A program made the translations under genes and the position numbers. The notes under the pieces were generated by a model. That model was given only the letters and a program-made list of their open reading frames with translations. It ran no database searches and was not told the origin of the DNA. A stretch of 63,580 nt of DNA, the filler included, from Calcarisporiella thermophila CBS 279.70 (Eukaryota > Fungi > Calcarisporiellomycota), in the NCBI RefSeq assembly GCF_041956535.1. It is 5 parts of 5 records of this genome, joined end to end, with 100 filler letters (N's around TTAATTAATTAA, not from the genome) between each part and the next. Parts side by side here need not be neighbours in the genome. Positions count along the whole stretch, not along the records: positions 1 to 12,997 come from NW_027192216.1; 4 more parts are not named here. The stretch is one strand, 5' to 3'. Below are positions 1 to 12,997 of the stretch, one piece after another (the first letter of the stretch is position 1; each line of letters opens with the position of its first letter).

Positions 1-3000
1 GGATTCCAATACCGACAGCGATTATGATAACAACAGCAGTTATTTTAGCGAGGAAAATTCAGATTCAAAATTCGAAGACGAAGGTTATACTCAGTTCCTG
101 TTTATATCCCCAAGAATTACACTTATATTTTTCTACAACATATTTAAATAGATGAATTAACCGAGCAGCTTATAACGGGAATAAAACTTCTCGAAGTAAA
201 ACTTGATCATCATTTTTCCAACGAGGCATTTCGTGCCATTAACAGGGTGGCAAATATCGGGGCAGTGTCTACTTACTGCATCGAGAAAAAAGTACAGCAA
301 TTAGTTGGAATTAAGCCAGTATTGATTGATTGCTGTGTCAACTCTTGCATTGCTTTCACGCGAGGATACTCAAATCTCACTAAATGCCCAACCTGTTGGG
401 AAGATCGCTACAAACCTAATCCTTCGGGCAGTAAAAAACAACCACGGAAAGTTTTTGCTCACTTCCCACTTATTGATCGTTTTCGATTGCAATATCAAGA
501 TTCGGAACGATCAGAAGAAATGAGGCGAGTTCTTCCCTTTAATCTCGTAAATTTAAGTGAATAGGGCTAAGATGGTTTACTATACTTGTAGATATAGAGC
601 GAGTTATATTGAGCAACCTCGTTACAATCCGTCTATTCAAGTGCCTCCTGAATACGTATACGGAGATATTTTTGATGGAAAACGCTACAAGGAACTTGTC
701 CACAATGGATTTTTTGAAGACCCTCGTGACATTGCTCTATCTGGATCTACTGATGGATTTCAAATTTTTAAACAGTTAGTTTGGCCATTACCTTATCCTA
801 CATCCTTCGAGTGTAATCATGTGTTGTTATCTAATCATTTATTCATGAACTCCAAATACTAGGAGAACCCATGATTGTTGGCCGGTCATTCTCATCAATC
901 ATAACCTCCCCCCACATGTGAGAGTTAAAAAAGCAAATCTTCTCATTACATTGTTGATACCTGGGCCGAAACAACCCAAAGATTTCAATTCGTTCTTAGT
1001 TCCACTTGTAGATGAATTAAAGAAGTTAGAAGGTAAAATCTATTTAATTTATTCCCACTGATTTTCTTCTTTCAATGTCTTTATATTTAAACTTATACAT
1101 TGGTGATACGTTTTGCATATTATTTGCATTCTAGGGGGTGTTCCGTGCTACGATGGATACAGGAAAGAGTTCTTCAATCTCTCTGCTCACGTCCTTTTTT
1201 GGTCCGGCGATATTCCCGCACTTACCAAGCTGACCGGATTCACTGGCCATAACTCATATTACGGCTGTCGTTTCTGTAATATACGAGGTCAATATTGCGA
1301 GCAAAAACGACGAGTATATTATCCTCTTGAGGGACAGCATCCACCATCGCCAAGGACGCATGAGCAGATAGTTGGGATATTAAATCAATTGGAAGAAGTA
1401 GAGAAACCTTCGATACAAGAGCATAAATTGCTTGTGCAAGCTACAGGTGACAATAGCTTTGTGATATTATTTTAATTTCTTGTTAATGACAGCATGCTAT
1501 TTACATCCACATTTTACAAAAAAATGATATATAGGAGTTAAACATCGAACAATCCTCTTGGAACTTTGTGCAACTTCCATTCCAAGATCCTTTCCAATTG
1601 ACATAATGCATTTATATTTCGAGAATATTGGTGAGTGATCCTTTTTTTATTGGCATAATCAGAATCATCTAATCCAATATTATATATCAATGCATATCAC
1701 CGTTAATATCTCTTTTTAATCATTTATAGCACCTCTTATGTATTCTCACTGGAGTGATGATTTTGCATTCCCTGAAAGTCTCTGATAAATCGCGATCATG
1801 TTCTCTCCAATTCAACCTGGGAGAGAATCGGTGCCAGCATGAACGAATGTCGAAAAAATATTCCAATGGATTTTGGGAGACCACCTCGTGATATCTTTAA
1901 ACACAGCAAGGGATTTAAAGCCGAAGAATGGATGAATTGGGTGGCACTATACTCGATCACCTTTCTTCAGGACCATTTACCGCCCAGGTATAGGAACTGG
2001 TCCTTGGGCGTGTATATTTATCGTTTACTAACTATTTTCACTATGTTCTTTATTTTACTCTAAGAGTAATAAGTGGGTGGTATCAATTTGTCTCTGCCGT
2101 TCGTCTTTGCCTCTCTTGGACAATATCAAGTAGGAATGTTCAGGAGATACGCAAAAAGTTAACCTATTTTCTCAACATTATTCAAGGTGCCTTTGAATAA
2201 GAGTAAACTTTTGCTTCTAATTCGTACTAATGGCTCTTCGGATATTTATGCGTATTGATTCAGTGAATACTCTGGGAATAATATTGCGTTTCTGTCTGCA
2301 CACCGTATTGTATTTCACTATCTACTCCATGTAAGTGATTGCATTCTAGACTATGGCCCACCTTGGGCTTACTGGCAATTTCCTATGGAGAGATATTGTG
2401 GAATGCTTATTCCGTTTATCAGGTAAATTTTGTTGGTGTCAATTCGGATATCTGGTTTATTTGATTAATAATGATTTAAACACTGCAAATTTTTGCTTTT
2501 ACTGATCACGAACTAGATCAAAAACATACCCGTATACTTCGCTTATACGCCAATTGAAATTGCGCGAGCAATTAAAACATGTTCGATTTATTCCTTCTTT
2601 TACCTTGGCCAATGCTACAAATCAAGAATCCTGCGCCTCTTGGACGAACGACAACATTCTAGGATTAAAAGACTATGAGGAAGAGCTTTATTGGCCGAAA
2701 AAAAAATATCTGCTTAATTACCAAGAATATCGTCGCCTCAGGGTGCATTATGCTACATTCCATGAAAGAAGACTTTCTGAAGTGCAGGCAGTATTTTATT
2801 ACTAAGTTCCAGATCTGAGGTAATGAATTTATATATGATATGTTTGAAAATAGGGGGTGTCAAGAATAGGCACCCAATATGGCAGGCTTCGAACAAAGGA
2901 TGGACACATCCTTGGCTCCATGAAATGTCATGGATATTCAAATGAATTTAGGCGAATTAACTATACAGTTGCTGTAAGTTTATCATCTATTTGTTTCCTT

Positions 3001-3468
3001 GAAAAGTTTTTATATGAATTTAATAGCGATATAGAAAATTGTGTATTAATATACAGTATACACCACTCCTATATTGTTACATAGGCAAACATGCTTGTCG
3101 ATCGTAATGCCTGGTATCATGAAAGACCTGAAGATCTAGAGGAAAAGGAATTTTACGCGGAAGTTGAAGTAAGCATACGCTGCCATTTTTATCAAAAATA
3201 ATATTATGAGACTTAACAAATTACCAATTTGAATGGCCAGTTTTATTTTCATCATATATATCGGGGAAGAAGCCATATGTTAGCATATGTGGACTGGGCA
3301 GGTAATTGTAGTAATGATGTGTATGATTTAAGAAGTTTTTCCACTCGAGGAGGAAAGGAATTTGTTGATGTAAGAGTACTCGATAGATGTGTAGGGTGGA
3401 TCCAAAAAGGGCGGCAGATTTATGTCATTGACAAGGAACATTTTGCTAATCATACTTTTGGCAATTAA
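1..3468 (+). mobile_element. CACTA/EnSpm (Transposase_21/Tnp2-like) DNA transposon transposase gene, multi-exon, 5' end outside window, probably inactive
   Basis: Spliced exons give IDCCVNSCIAF..CPTCWEDRY, GDIFDGKRY, IALSGSTDGFQIFK, HDCWPVILINHNLPP, LIPGPKQPKDFNSFLVPLVDEL, WSGDIPAL..GHNSYYGCRFC, IDIMHLYFEN, GRPPRDI..GFKAEEW, YWQFPMERYCG. Frameshift/stop near 1784. Confidence 0.85.
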
Positions 3469-3684
3469 TCTTTAATACTAATGCTCTTTGTACATATTGT
3501 TTACAGACATGCTGTGGTGACCGTAGCTATAAAGTACCCTCTTCATAGTATATCTTATATATGATTATAATACATACCCTCTTCATAGTATTTTATCCCT
3601 TTAGAGATCTAATTTAATTTGAGATATTTTGCTGTTAATTCCGGCCAAAAAAACGGCCAAGTAAAATTCCACAAAATTTTTTAT

Positions 3685-3940
3685 GGCCGAGTTCTGGGCC
3701 AAAACAATGTAGTCACGTGACAATCCTATATACCCACCTATTAGGTTTCTTACACCTACACCTCAAATTTTAACGCAATTTGAAAGGATTTCTATATGGA
3801 ACCTTGAATTTTGGCCAACTCCTGAGCCAAAACAATATAGTCACGTGATATTCCTATATACCCACCTTTCAGCTTTCTAACACCTACACCTCAAATTTGT
3901 TCGCATTTTTAAATGGTTTCTAATTGGAGCCTTAAATTTT
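3685..3940. repeat. Two tandem copies of a ~128-bp repeat (likely CACTA subterminal repeats)
   Basis: Units start at 3685 and 3813; both share gccaaaacaat.tagtcacgtga..tcctatatacccacct..acacctacacctcaaattt; the array ends just before the N gap. Confidence 0.8.
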
Positions 3941-3957
3941 CGCTAAGATTTTTATGC

Positions 3958-4467
3958 NNNNNNNNNNNNNNNNNNNNNNNNNNNNNNNNNNNNNNNNNNN
4001 NNNNNNNNNNNNNNNNNNNNNNNNNNNNNNNNNNNNNNNNNNNNNNNNNNNNNNNNNNNNNNNNNNNNNNNNNNNNNNNNNNNNNNNNNNNNNNNNNNNN
4101 NNNNNNNNNNNNNNNNNNNNNNNNNNNNNNNNNNNNNNNNNNNNNNNNNNNNNNNNNNNNNNNNNNNNNNNNNNNNNNNNNNNNNNNNNNNNNNNNNNNN
4201 NNNNNNNNNNNNNNNNNNNNNNNNNNNNNNNNNNNNNNNNNNNNNNNNNNNNNNNNNNNNNNNNNNNNNNNNNNNNNNNNNNNNNNNNNNNNNNNNNNNN
4301 NNNNNNNNNNNNNNNNNNNNNNNNNNNNNNNNNNNNNNNNNNNNNNNNNNNNNNNNNNNNNNNNNNNNNNNNNNNNNNNNNNNNNNNNNNNNNNNNNNNN
4401 NNNNNNNNNNNNNNNNNNNNNNNNNNNNNNNNNNNNNNNNNNNNNNNNNNNNNNNNNNNNNNNNNNN
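3958..4467. other. Assembly gap (510 N)
   Basis: Run of N. Confidence 0.99.
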
Positions 4468-6770
4468 GAATTCCTTAAGAATTTTTGTAGGGATTGCACA
4501 CAACTTTTTATCCCTCCCTCTTACAGTTGTTCCTATCCCCTTCTTTATTAAGCTAATTGCTGTTTCCATACTTTCCTAGCTCTCTCCTCATCACCTTTTC
4601 TCTCTTTCTCTTACACTTAAATCCTTTTCTTCCTTCCTTTTTTTCCGTCTATCCTCCAAATTCTGCAAGGTAGGCCAGGAGCATTACCTGGGTGAATTTG
4701 ACGTAGAAGCTACCCTACCTTTCTAACAGGATAGGACACTTTTCAATAGAGGTCCTTTGTTAAAAAAAAAAGGCCACTCACCAAAAAAAAATGAATCAAC
4801 ATTCCCTCAACGATCTCGAAGACTCCCCCCCCTACACAGGGAAGTATTCATCCATGCACCACCAAGTACTGCCTCTTACGCAGCTGCAGTCTCCAAGTCA
4901 GTCTCGACTTCTTGGAAGCGAAATGACAAAAACCCAAATGTCAACATGGCGGAGGAGATACTCACGAGAAGATCCAACTCCAAAAACGTAGTTCAATTTT
5001 GCGTAAAAGTAACTGGCCTCTCGATGATGGAGTGCGTAACACGAATCTTGGGCCACTATAAAACCGATGCCTGCAGATGCCGCACTTTAGACAGGATAGG
5101 AGCAGTGGAAGTAGCCTTCCGCCCAGAAATCTCGGTGAACGACATCATCAAGAAAGGATTCACCCTAGAAGACAGACAAATACCTATATACAAAATTTAC
5201 AACGATCACCACAACCTCTTGACGGTCAAACTACTCGATCTCCCAATGCAGCCAGAAGAAACCTTTCTGGAACATATACGCTGTGGCTTCGAACAATACG
5301 CCCCAGTCGAGGAAATCAGAATGGAGCATTTCACGGTAAATGGCGTAAAATATATTACGGATAATGCGTTCGTTAGGCTCAATATCACCGACCACCCTGA
5401 CGTCAAGGATAAACTACCACGACTCTTCACATTAGACGATGCTGCAGTGAACATGATGTGGAAAGACGCCCCCCTTCCTGTAGATATTGCAATAAAGCGA
5501 ACCACTCAATTCTTAACTGCCGGAACCTGGAAAAGCGCAAGCAAAGATCCCAGCAAGGAAACCCTGAACCAGAGATCAGAACGAAGGAGATAAGTGTGAA
5601 AAAACCAACTAGCCATATCAAGCCAAATAACACAACATCGGAACCCATTGATATTGACATTGAAATAGAGGAGGCTACTGAAGTCCTCACCTTCACCCCA
5701 GCCATAAGCAACCGCCGCCAGAGAAACCCCCATAGTGACGACAATAACTCTATTGCAAAGAGGACCCGCTCAAGAGCCGCTAAACAGATGGAAGATTCGG
5801 AGACTTTCGAATCAGACTACGAATTCTCCTCTGCTTCGTCCCAGAACGGTAAGGGAGACATTCCCGAAACAGGCAACTTCCAACAAGGCTCTACACCCAT
5901 CCCAATTAATAACCCCTTTTCACCCCTCCAATACGAATGAACAAGCTTACGATTATATCGGTGAACGCCCGAGGACTAAAGTCCGAAGGCAAAAGATCCA
6001 CATTATTTCACTGGCTAAAATCTAAAAAAATTTGATATAGTATGCTTACAAGAAACACATGCAGACGCAAGAGTACACAAGTGGTGGTCACAACAATGGG
6101 GTAACCCCTGCTTTTGGACCCAACACATCGCCATCCTTTGCAACAACCCCCTCATTAACGTAGAAAGAAACTTCGAATCCGAGGACCAAAGAATACTCCA
6201 AGTCAAGATATCGCACTCAGATCTCCCAATACAACCCCTACATATCACCTGCGTATATGCTCCAGCCAAACACAGAGAACGTCGCGTTTTCTACTCGAGC
6301 TTCCCAATGGAAATCAAAGTGGGACACCATATCATGACAGGAGATTTCAACACATACCCAGACTCCTCAAAAGACCATTACCCACCTTTCCCTAGAAATA
6401 GACAACACAATCCCTCATGGAAAATCTTCAATGACAAGCTACAAACACTTGAACTATTTGATATCCACCGACACCACTCCACTAATGCCGATCAGTTCAC
6501 TTTCAATAGGAGTATAGCAAATCGTCTGACTCTTACGAGACTCGACCATGCTTACACCACCCCAGACATCATCCCCCCTGCTGACGACACCCACGCTTTG
6601 TCTACCCCAATCCAGACTGACCATCGAGCACTAGTATCAACGATACGATTTGCTCCAATGCAAAAACAGGGTGCGGGAGTATGGAAACTAAATACTGCCC
6701 TACTGGCGGAAGAAGAGTATAAAAAAGGAATAGAAATCCTCTGGCAAGACCTTCAATCTGAGGCTCGACA
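4468..6770 (+). mobile_element. L1/Tx1-like non-LTR retrotransposon: 5'UTR, ORF1 (zinc knuckle) and the APE endonuclease part of ORF2; 3'-truncated
   Basis: ORF1 ~4757/4791-5940 with CRYCNKANHSILNC (CX2CX4HX4C). ORF2 from ATG 5937: MNKLTIISVNARGL..(frameshift)DIVCLQETH..VYAP..GDFN..RLDH..TDH..WKLN. No RT follows. Confidence 0.9.
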
Positions 6771-6965
6771 AGGTTTTCATTTATTTAAAGCAAACAGGCT
6801 ACAACTTTGCTCATTGGATGATATTCGTAGTATATTGTGATAGATAGAATAGGTAGATATAGCTGTATTATCCAAACATGCTGATAGTCTTTCGCAATAG
6901 AACAAAAAATTGATATTATCAATTAATTTGAGGCATTTTAAAATATTTCAGGATATTTACTACTC

Positions 6966-9900
6966 CTATTTGGACCTCTCTGCGTTCTCTTTGGTAGTTA
7001 CAGAGAAAACATCGATCCCGTAACCTAAACATACTGTTTCAAAGTCCTCATTAAAATTTCCAACCGTCGCTAAATCCACGTCGAGTTGCTGAAACACTAT
7101 TGAATCTTGGCTATGCCTTTTATCTGTACCTTCAGGTTCGTCCGATATGGTGCAGGATAATTCTGGATCTTCAGCGGCAGGTTGTGTCAGATCGAGTCGT
7201 GGGACGGTAGTTACCGAAGAAGGGGAAGTTAAAGTAGAGGTCCTTAAGGATACTTTCTGAGTAGGAACCGATCTGGAATGAAATGGTAAACGAATGGGAG
7301 GTGGGTAGGGGTGAGAGAAAGGCCGTTGATGCTGGTGAAATGGGGTGGAAGGATTCATAATTGCTTTAGTTTTCATTGCGATACTTGCCGAGAGAGTGTC
7401 TGAATATCTATTTCGGTTTATAGCCTCATTGCGTTGCTGATTACAGGAACAAAGTACGGGCAGCGTGGGCTCTGTGTCAATGGTATTCATATTTGTTTTT
7501 CTTGCCTGTGTTAGCGGTACGTGCCTGATAGGCGCAGGTTCATTGAAAGCTCTGCCAATCGTTAAATTTCTCAAATCGTAATGAGAATTTGAGACTGGAA
7601 TTGGTTTTGATATACAGTTATTAGCCTGCCTTTTTTTCATGATTCGCTTTGTCTTTCCGTTCGAAAAGCCACGTCTTTCTCTTTCAAATTCTGCCCACCG
7701 CTTCATAACAATCTGCCTTCCATCGAACTCTTTTCCTCCATCATCGTGACCTGCCCTTACGTCTGAACTTTTCTCTCCCTCAACTTTTCTTGTTTGGCCC
7801 CAGGAGAAATCATCGAAATGCCAGAATGCATAAGCCGGAAGGATGAAGTTCCAAATTGGCAGAGAAACGAGATATATCGCCATCCACCATATGTAAACTA
7901 TTTTCCCGGCTATCACTACAGCTAAGACCGCCGGCAGTCCAAGGATTAGTACAAACACCATAAGTGTAAGCAAAGATTGCATGCTGTAAAAACAAACGAC
8001 AATTAGATATATGGTGAAAAGAATTCCAGCTGGTAGGAACACGGTCCCAAGTAACTCCAAAAAAACAATGAACTGCATCGAGAAACAGAAAGTTCCACAT
8101 AAATCGCGAACGAGAATGAGCTCCATTAGATTATGCACCGTTGAGTTAATCCACCGCCTTCTCTGGCTTAATAAAACGCGGAAACTATCTGGCACAACTG
8201 TTTTGCATACAGCTTGTGGTACAAATACCATTTTTCGTCTTGGAAACGTGCTTAGCATCAAAGTGGTCAGATATCTATCCTCACCAAGAAGCAAAAGGTT
8301 CTTTTTATGAAGCGTGTCAACATGATACTCGGAGTACCTGACGATAATCTCAGGATTGGCAAGGATAGGAACCCAGAAAGACATGTGCTTGGGAGACTTG
8401 ATTCGATACATGCTAAAGCAACCGGGTAGGCAAGTAACACCTCCGAATACAGATTCAAATGCTTTGTTGAGATGATGGGAAATGTAATATTCAAATACTA
8501 TTGCAATGAAATTACATAAAACGTGAGAAGATCATCTCCCGCAAACATTTCAGTATATGTATTCAACCCAACCTTGCATCGCGGTAACCCAGCTACTTGT
8601 TTTGTTTCCAATTTTCGTCTCTCCACACAGCCCCATGATTTCAGGATCCCGCTCCATAGCCGAAACCATACGTGATATCGAGTCGGGGAAAATTTTTGTA
8701 TCAGCGTCCACCTATGCTCGCAATGAATTAAACCAAGTCATTAATTTTCAATAGCAACGTCAAGTAGAGAACTAGCATCCTACCATTAACAGGATTTCAT
8801 AGCTATCGGGAAGGACTCCCGTAACAGCCCAGATGCCATTAAACAATTCATATTCAAAAGGGGTCATACGTTCGTCAAACATGACTCTTTGTAAAAATGT
8901 CATCAACATCACTTGGCTGTCTCTTTTTCCTCTGTTCCCAGGCTTTGCACCTGTGCTTTCCTCGGGCGTACCACATTTTGCAATTAACACCATTGGTACG
9001 CGTACTTGCCGTGAGCGACGTACGGTCGCATTATCATATTTATAAAATCCAGCATATACTTTGGCCATGTTATGTTTTTTTGTACCTTCAGCAATCGCAA
9101 CATAGCTTTTCGGTTGAACCTGATCTCTTGGTATAATCAGATCCTGCATCATTTCAAGAATAATAGTGGGGGTAGCTGTGTCATTTCCTTCGCCCTTGAC
9201 TTCACCATCTGCAATCACAATAAGTAGCTTGTGTGATCCTGGATAATCAGCAGTTGCAAGGGAATCAAGAGTCGTGCGTATGCCTGCTTCTCCTTCAGAA
9301 TAACATGTGACTAAACACATGGTGTAGAGAAGAGGGAAACCAAAAGGTTGAAAGGAAGGATCAGGTTGAGGGATAACGTACGGAGAAACAGGCAGCAATT
9401 GAGACAAAAGTGATGATGTTGAATTCCTACTTGGGCATTCTTGGCACTCCAAGGAAGGGGTAGACGATCCAAGCTCACTTGAATTGACTAGCGACTGGGC
9501 CGTATCATTTCTTGGAGATTCCTGTGTAATTACCAGAGGAAGTGTTAAGGAACTTCCACTGTCTACCCGTCCAAACAAACTTAATCGCAGCTTATCGGAG
9601 AAAAACCTGCTTGGTTCTCGACTACTTGGGCCAAGAACTGGATCAACCATTGCGCAAGACCACTCTTCTATTGCTTTCTCTCTTTTGAGTCTCTCTTCTC
9701 GAGTATCTCTTTTGAATGATCCCAAGCGCCATGAGAGAAACCATCTAAACGCAACTGCAAGCAGAAATTTGCACGCCATCACTCCGAGGATCACGGTCAA
9801 CTCAAGATAAAGCAAAATTTCGGAAATGAGGCATCCAAGAGTATGAGTCTCAATGACACCAACACGGGTAATATCCACAAGGCAGCTCGCGGCGCGTTTT

Positions 9901-11010
9901 TGACGGGCAGTCAGAAAGACAAAGGTGGCGTCAGTTCCTGCAAGGGTAGAAGTCACTATTGGATCAAGCAGGCTTTCGAAAAGGGGCGGGAGGTTGAAGA
10001 TATCTCGAGGAATCCAATGTAGCAAGTCGAGATTTAAAACGTCACTATTCATAGAGGGGATTGAATATGATACATATGAAGTTAGATTTGAGGGCCAAAC
10101 AAACTCACTTGTTATATACAATTAAAGTTTTTTCCCGTTCTTTCTTCAGGTCTTCCCACGTGTAGTAGAGCTTTCCCAGAGGGTGTAACGCATAATATGC
10201 CAACCTGGCCTCGTCTGATGTATGGCAGCCAATCCTGTGTGGATTGAGCTTTGGGTTGGGGACTTGTCGAATTTTTCTATCGAAGAAGACGCAGGGAAAA
10301 TAATTAGGGACTCGACCATTGATATCTTGTCCCCAGTCGACACCCGGTTTCACGCGTATCTGATTAAGGCAGCGTTGATTTACTTTCTGAAAAAGAAAAG
10401 ATATGTCCTTTCCGCTTGCATTGACAGGCGGGTATAGTGGATTGGAATTTGCTGGAATATTATATGCAGCGGGATGCCGAAAATCATCCAAGAGATAGGC
10501 ATTCCCGTTACTAGCAACTACTCCTGGAGCAAGCTCGGATGCGTGGACACGAGGGATCGTGAGATCGCATATGGATTGATTAAAACCGAAAGAAAGATAC
10601 CCAATTAATGCAGATATGAAGATTATGACCGATATCAGACCCATTTTGTCGCGCCAAGCGCGCTGCACTAGGAGCGATCGCTTGCCGCAAGCTGATAACA
10701 AAATAGGTGGCGCGTAAAATGTCATAACATAACAGTAAAGTGTCCAACATGAGGCACAAACGTCCGATTTCTTCTGAATTGGAGCGTCTTTTTCGATCAC
10801 GGAAGCCGATAGGTCGATGCTGCTCGAATTTTGTAGCAAGCTCTTTCCACGTCGAAGTTTTGAATTGTTTGATTGTTTCTGCTCACTAGATTGAAGAAGC
10901 GTAGGCCGATGTTCTCTCTGTGTTGAGATGTCGTGTTGGTGCAAGACAGGTATCTCAGCGAACTCATTATCAACTTTCTTTCTCCTCTGTGACAAAGCTC
11001 TACTAACCAT
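6966..11010 (-). CDS. CHS3: Class IV chitin synthase (Chs3-like), about 4 exons
   Basis: [57 protein letters not shown]; N-terminal WRDKMGL transmembrane segment; GT-AG introns near 10050-10110, 8710-8780 and 8500-8555. Confidence 0.93.
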
Positions 11011-11649
11011 ATAATTCTTTATTTTAATGAGAGAATTGCAAGCTAATGAAAAGAAGATTAAGGGCTAGAAAAAAGAAGAATAAAAGTCCGTCTAACGGAA
11101 AACAAACGGTCTTCATACAACACAATACATGGCAAAAAAAAAAACTTCACTGGTTTGGGAATGTGACGAATATGCAAGTAGAAGTATAATATAAAACAAA
11201 ACCTGCACACTTCTCTAATTAAATTTAAGCTATTGATTGCAAATTTGACATCGCACATATTTTGGCAGTTTTTATCGGGACTTGCTTAGTTTTCTCTTAT
11301 GGATCGTGATTTCCTCGTGTCCTGGACATATCCAACCAGTTTAGATGCATTGCATTCCCTCGGAAAATGTCCTAATGAGCGTGTATTGTTTGTGAAATGT
11401 TTTATTCACTATACATAAATAAGAAGTTACTAAAAATACAGTCTAAACTTACAAAAAAACAATAAATCTCTATCAAGAAAATTCTATTGGCAGAGAGGAA
11501 AGTAAAACGGCGGATAGAGGAGGATTAAGAGGAATGCGTATTTAAGGTCAAGACTTATCTAATGCAGAAGATAACTATCTAATTCTAATTCTTGGTTCTT
11601 TGTCTTTACAGAAATCATATATACTCTTGGGTGATTTTGGCGGTGATGT

Positions 11650-12489
11650 TCATTTTTGCTTCTTCAATCTGATCTCCTTATACCCCGGAGCATCACGATA
11701 AGCAACTCCAGCATTTACGACCACGGCTGTACACGTGTAAACAACATCCGACAGGAGCCTGTGGACCTGATGCCGAGCACCGATATCCAGGCACCATCCT
11801 AACATATCACGGGTTGTGTTCCAGAAGCGCTCCCGTACAGAATAGCGTGACTCTATAAGGCGAATAGTGGTCCAAATGGAGCCAGCCGTGTGAGCAATAG
11901 CATCAGGCACAGGGGACTGTTTAAGAGCGATAGCTGCGCGAACTGCAAACTGAATGATTGTTTCGGAGAGTGAGAGGGAGTTATTCACAGGTTGATGTGG
12001 AGAAAGCATATTGTTGTTGATAAGCCAGCTGTGAAGTTTCCTCTGAAGGGCAGCTCTACTCTCCTCGTCTGTTTCCACTTCATTTGCAAATATTACAGAT
12101 TAGTGTGAGTAATAACCAAACGTAAAGCAAATATATATAAAACCAGACTTACAAGGCACTGCGTTCAATAGCTTCTCAACTCCTGTTAGATATAAGCCCC
12201 AGGCCATCTCGTTATTTCCCGCCTCATTTTCTTCGATTGTCATTGAAAGTAGAGTAATCGCCTGATCTACAGCCCGTTTATTAATTTTACCCATATCGTC
12301 TTGTTTTGTGATCGGTCCATTTTTGTTGTAATCCTGCGTATACTGCCGCTTATTCTCTCTGACAGGCACGTCAACTTTTGTTGCTACTTGAGAGATTTCG
12401 TCGTAGGCAGGAGGCTCTTCATCGCAAAGTGATTCCCGACGAAGCCAAGTTATAGGGAAGACGAATCTCGACGCAAAACGAAGTGACAT
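11650..12489 (-). CDS. MIT-domain-containing protein, 2 exons
   Basis: AVDQAITLLSMTIEENEAGNNEMAWGLYLTGVEKLL fits a MIT three-helix bundle; PPAY motif; intron 12152-12078 joins the two ORFs in frame. Confidence 0.65.
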
Positions 12490-12881
12490 TGTAAAAAATA
12501 TTATAAGGAATGTAATGTTGAAAAAAAAAAAATTGTTGTATTGTGACCGAGTTGAAAAGCAGGGTCGTAAAGAGAAGGGACGAAGTTATATAGCAGTTAA
12601 GAATAGACCTAGAGCAAACAGATTTTCATCGGATGTTTTTTATTTTCAACTCAGCCCCTTCATATGAAAAATGAATCCGAACCAATGCCAAATAAAACCA
12701 TGAATTCACTGATAGCTAAGCGATAACAAATCGATGAAATGATAACAAGTGTTTACATTGATGAGACAATGTAAACAATAGCTCTATCCATACTATAGCC
12801 TTCTAATTGCTACTGTATCCAGCAACATATATTGGATTAAAATAAAAAAATTCTTGATAATGGAAAAAAAATTCCAAATAT

Positions 12882-12952
12882 TGCGTCAGCGGGGAATCGA
12901 ACCCCGTCCTTTTCCTTGGAAGGGAAATATTGTACCAGTCAACTACTGACGC
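12882..12952 (-). tRNA. tRNA-Gly (anticodon TCC)
   Basis: GCGTCAG/CTGACGC acceptor stem, TTTCC-CT TCC AA-GGAAA anticodon arm, GGTTCGATTCC B box, T-rich run downstream. Confidence 0.95.
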
Positions 12953-12997
12953 ATCTCATTTCTGAAGTGTTGTGAGGAGAATTGGCACAATATGGGA

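Noticed and set aside
3909-4569. Long ORFs spanning the N gap
   Set aside because: Artefacts of translating N as X.
4655-4725. Assignment as a canonical HDV or hammerhead ribozyme
   Set aside because: No CUGAUGA/GAAA core and no canonical L3, P1.1 or catalytic J4/2 on either strand; kept only as an unclassified structure.
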